Notes under the pieces: model-generated | What the model saw: only the letters and a program-made list of their open reading frames with translations | What the model was told of the DNA's origin: nothing | Databases searched by the model: none | Position numbers and translations under genes: made by a program | Shown: positions 16,484 through 17,414 of the stretch, one piece after another | How positions within the stretch are numbered: the stretch's first letter is position 1 | How the letters are laid out: each line of letters begins with the position of its first letter | Assembly: GCF_001945605.1 (NCBI RefSeq) | Contig: NZ_MPKA01000063.1 | Location: 1 to 17,414 of the forward strand | Source: Dubosiella newyorkensis | Lineage (GTDB): Bacteria; Bacillota_I; Bacilli_A; Erysipelotrichales; Erysipelotrichaceae | Direction of reading: 5' to 3' | DNA: 17,414 bases

Positions 16484-16952
16484 CGTTCCAATTCTCCTGC
16501 AAGACGTTTTTGAGCTTGCTTCTCGCTCTGGATAAACGCTTCTTTACATTTGATTCACGGATTCCAAGGATGCGCGCGATTTCTTTGATCGGATAGTCTT
16601 CATAATAATAAAGTTGCAGCACTGTTCGATCTTTTTCTGGCAATTGGCAAACCGTTTCGAAAAGGGTCTGGTCTTCTTCTTGTTCGAAGTGTAAATTGAT
16701 CGCCGCTTCGATCGATACTTTATGACTTCGAAAGAAAGAGCGTCGAATATCTTTCGCTTGATTGATGACTGTTTTGAATAGCCACGCTCGAATATGCTCT
16801 TCATCTTTGTATTCTAGATCCTTGTCCACGTATTTAATGAAGGTCATCTGGACGGCATCGGCTGCGTCCGCGCCATTTTGCAGCACAGCAAACGCGGCTC
16901 CATAGAGTCGATCTTGGTATTGTGGAATCAAATATTCAGCCGGTAGTTTCAT
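16470..16952 (-). CDS. ECF-type RNA polymerase sigma-70 family factor
   Basis: 160 aa. Region 2 shows DAADAVQMTFIKY and IRAWLFKTVINQAKDIRRS. Region 4 shows LPEKDRTVLQLYYYEDYPIKEIARILGIRESNVKKRLSRARSKLK. Confidence 0.85.
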   Translation of the reverse strand: MKLPAEYLIPQYQDRLYGAAFAVLQNGADAADAVQMTFIKYVDKDLEYKDEEHIRAWLFKTVINQAKDIRRSFFRSHKVSIEAAINLHFEQEEDQTLFETVCQLPEKDRTVLQLYYYEDYPIKEIARILGIRESNVKKRLSRARSKLKNVLQENWNDENE

Positions 16953-16998
16953 GTTCGTTCACATTTCCATTGATTAAAAAAGGTACCTTTCACTTATA

Positions 16999-17026
16999 TA
17001 ACGATTCAAATCGAGGAAAGGTGACA
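16999..17026 (-). promoter_or_regulatory. Candidate ECF-type autoregulated promoter
   Basis: Minus-strand TGTCAC (17026..17021), a 17-nt spacer, then CGTTA (17003..16999). This resembles the Bacillus ECF promoter pattern TGnAAC-N16/17-CGTn. It lies about 45 nt upstream of the sigma ATG. Confidence 0.35.
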
Positions 17027-17042
17027 AGAAAACAGATTTTTA

Positions 17043-17414
17043 GTAAGCGGGAATTAAAACAGCGTATAGAAAACGCTCATCGAATCAGAGACAATATCTC
17101 TACCTGCGATGAGCGTCTTTGTTTTTATTGGCATATGCTGATCAAATTTGGATTCCAAGGCATACATTGTTCCAGTATTTCGCTGGTCAGCTTTCCAGCA
17201 TGTCTTGAGAGTTCTTTTAAAAGGTGAAGGATGTATTTGTAAGGGATCAGCCCATTGGCTTTGGCGCTTTCTACGATCGAGTAGAGTACTCCGCAAGCCT
17301 TGGCTCCTCTAGGACTTCCCGAAAACAGCCAGTTGTTTCTTCCTACCGCAAAATTTCGGATCGTCCTTTCGGCAAGCGAATTGGTCATCGGCAGACTTCC
17401 GTTGTCCAGGTAGC
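17043..17414 (-). mobile_element. IS66-family insertion sequence, terminal part (continues beyond the right window edge)
   Basis: The transposase C-terminus lies at 17125-17414. The element end reads GTAAGCGGGAATT... inward from 17043, and IS66-family inverted repeats characteristically begin 5'-GTAA. Confidence 0.75.
17125..17414 (-). CDS. IS66-family transposase, C-terminal fragment (N-terminus outside the window)
   Basis: The frame is open to the window edge. ..YLDNGSLPMTNSLAERTIRNFAVGRNNWLFSGSPRGAKACGVLYSIVESAKANGLIPYKYILHLLKEL...MPWN matches the conserved IS66 transposase C-terminal signature (NN-AER-IR-...GR-NWLF). Confidence 0.85.
   Translation of the reverse strand, partial: YLDNGSLPMTNSLAERTIRNFAVGRNNWLFSGSPRGAKACGVLYSIVESAKANGLIPYKYILHLLKELSRHAGKLTSEILEQCMPWNPNLISICQ

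Noticed and set aside
17054-17296. An 80-aa minus-strand ORF in another frame within the IS66 end.
   Set aside because: It overlaps the frame that carries the conserved IS66 transposase C-terminal signature and has no independent support.

Overview
This is a chromosomal segment from a low-GC Gram-positive (Bacillota-type) bacterium. I infer that from the strong GGAGG-type ribosome-binding sites, a lipobox, a cell-wall sorting signal and rho-independent terminators. All calls rest on ORF structure and on motifs I recognise from memory; no searches were run.

Layout, left to right:
- **1-3,950:** an AT-rich minus-strand cluster of envelope proteins. It holds a secreted acidic protein cut by the window edge, a 906-aa wall-anchored protein with an SPNTG sorting signal, and a lipoprotein whose promoter carries a perfect cre palindrome.
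- **4,071-7,170:** four adjacent decayed genes. These are a frameshifted TetR, a deleted and frameshifted HAD hydrolase, a KDPG-aldolase-like remnant, and an RpiR regulator with several frameshifts and deletions. One intact small membrane-anchored protein lies among them.
- **7,223-12,242:** an intact lactose PTS module, lacG-lacF-lacE on the minus strand, transcribed divergently from lacR plus a HAD-family gene. No tagatose-6-phosphate genes are adjacent.
- **12,265-13,555:** an sdpR/sdpI-like autorepressor and membrane immunity pair.
- **13,698-15,870:** a TetR regulator followed by two alpha/beta hydrolases.
- **15,884-16,952:** an ECF sigma factor with a putative anti-sigma factor.
- **17,043-17,414:** the end of an IS66-family element, about 90 bp upstream of the sigma gene.

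I see no CRISPR array, tRNA or rRNA gene, recognisable defence enzymes, or clear multi-gene system of unknown type.

The observations most worth following up:
- the gene-decay tract
- the lacR-linked HAD protein with a DxN motif I, in a lac locus that lacks lacABCD
- the cre-controlled SPxTG surface-protein cluster and its lower GC content
- strong GATC/CGATCG over-representation across the window
- the IS66 end abutting a candidate ECF promoter
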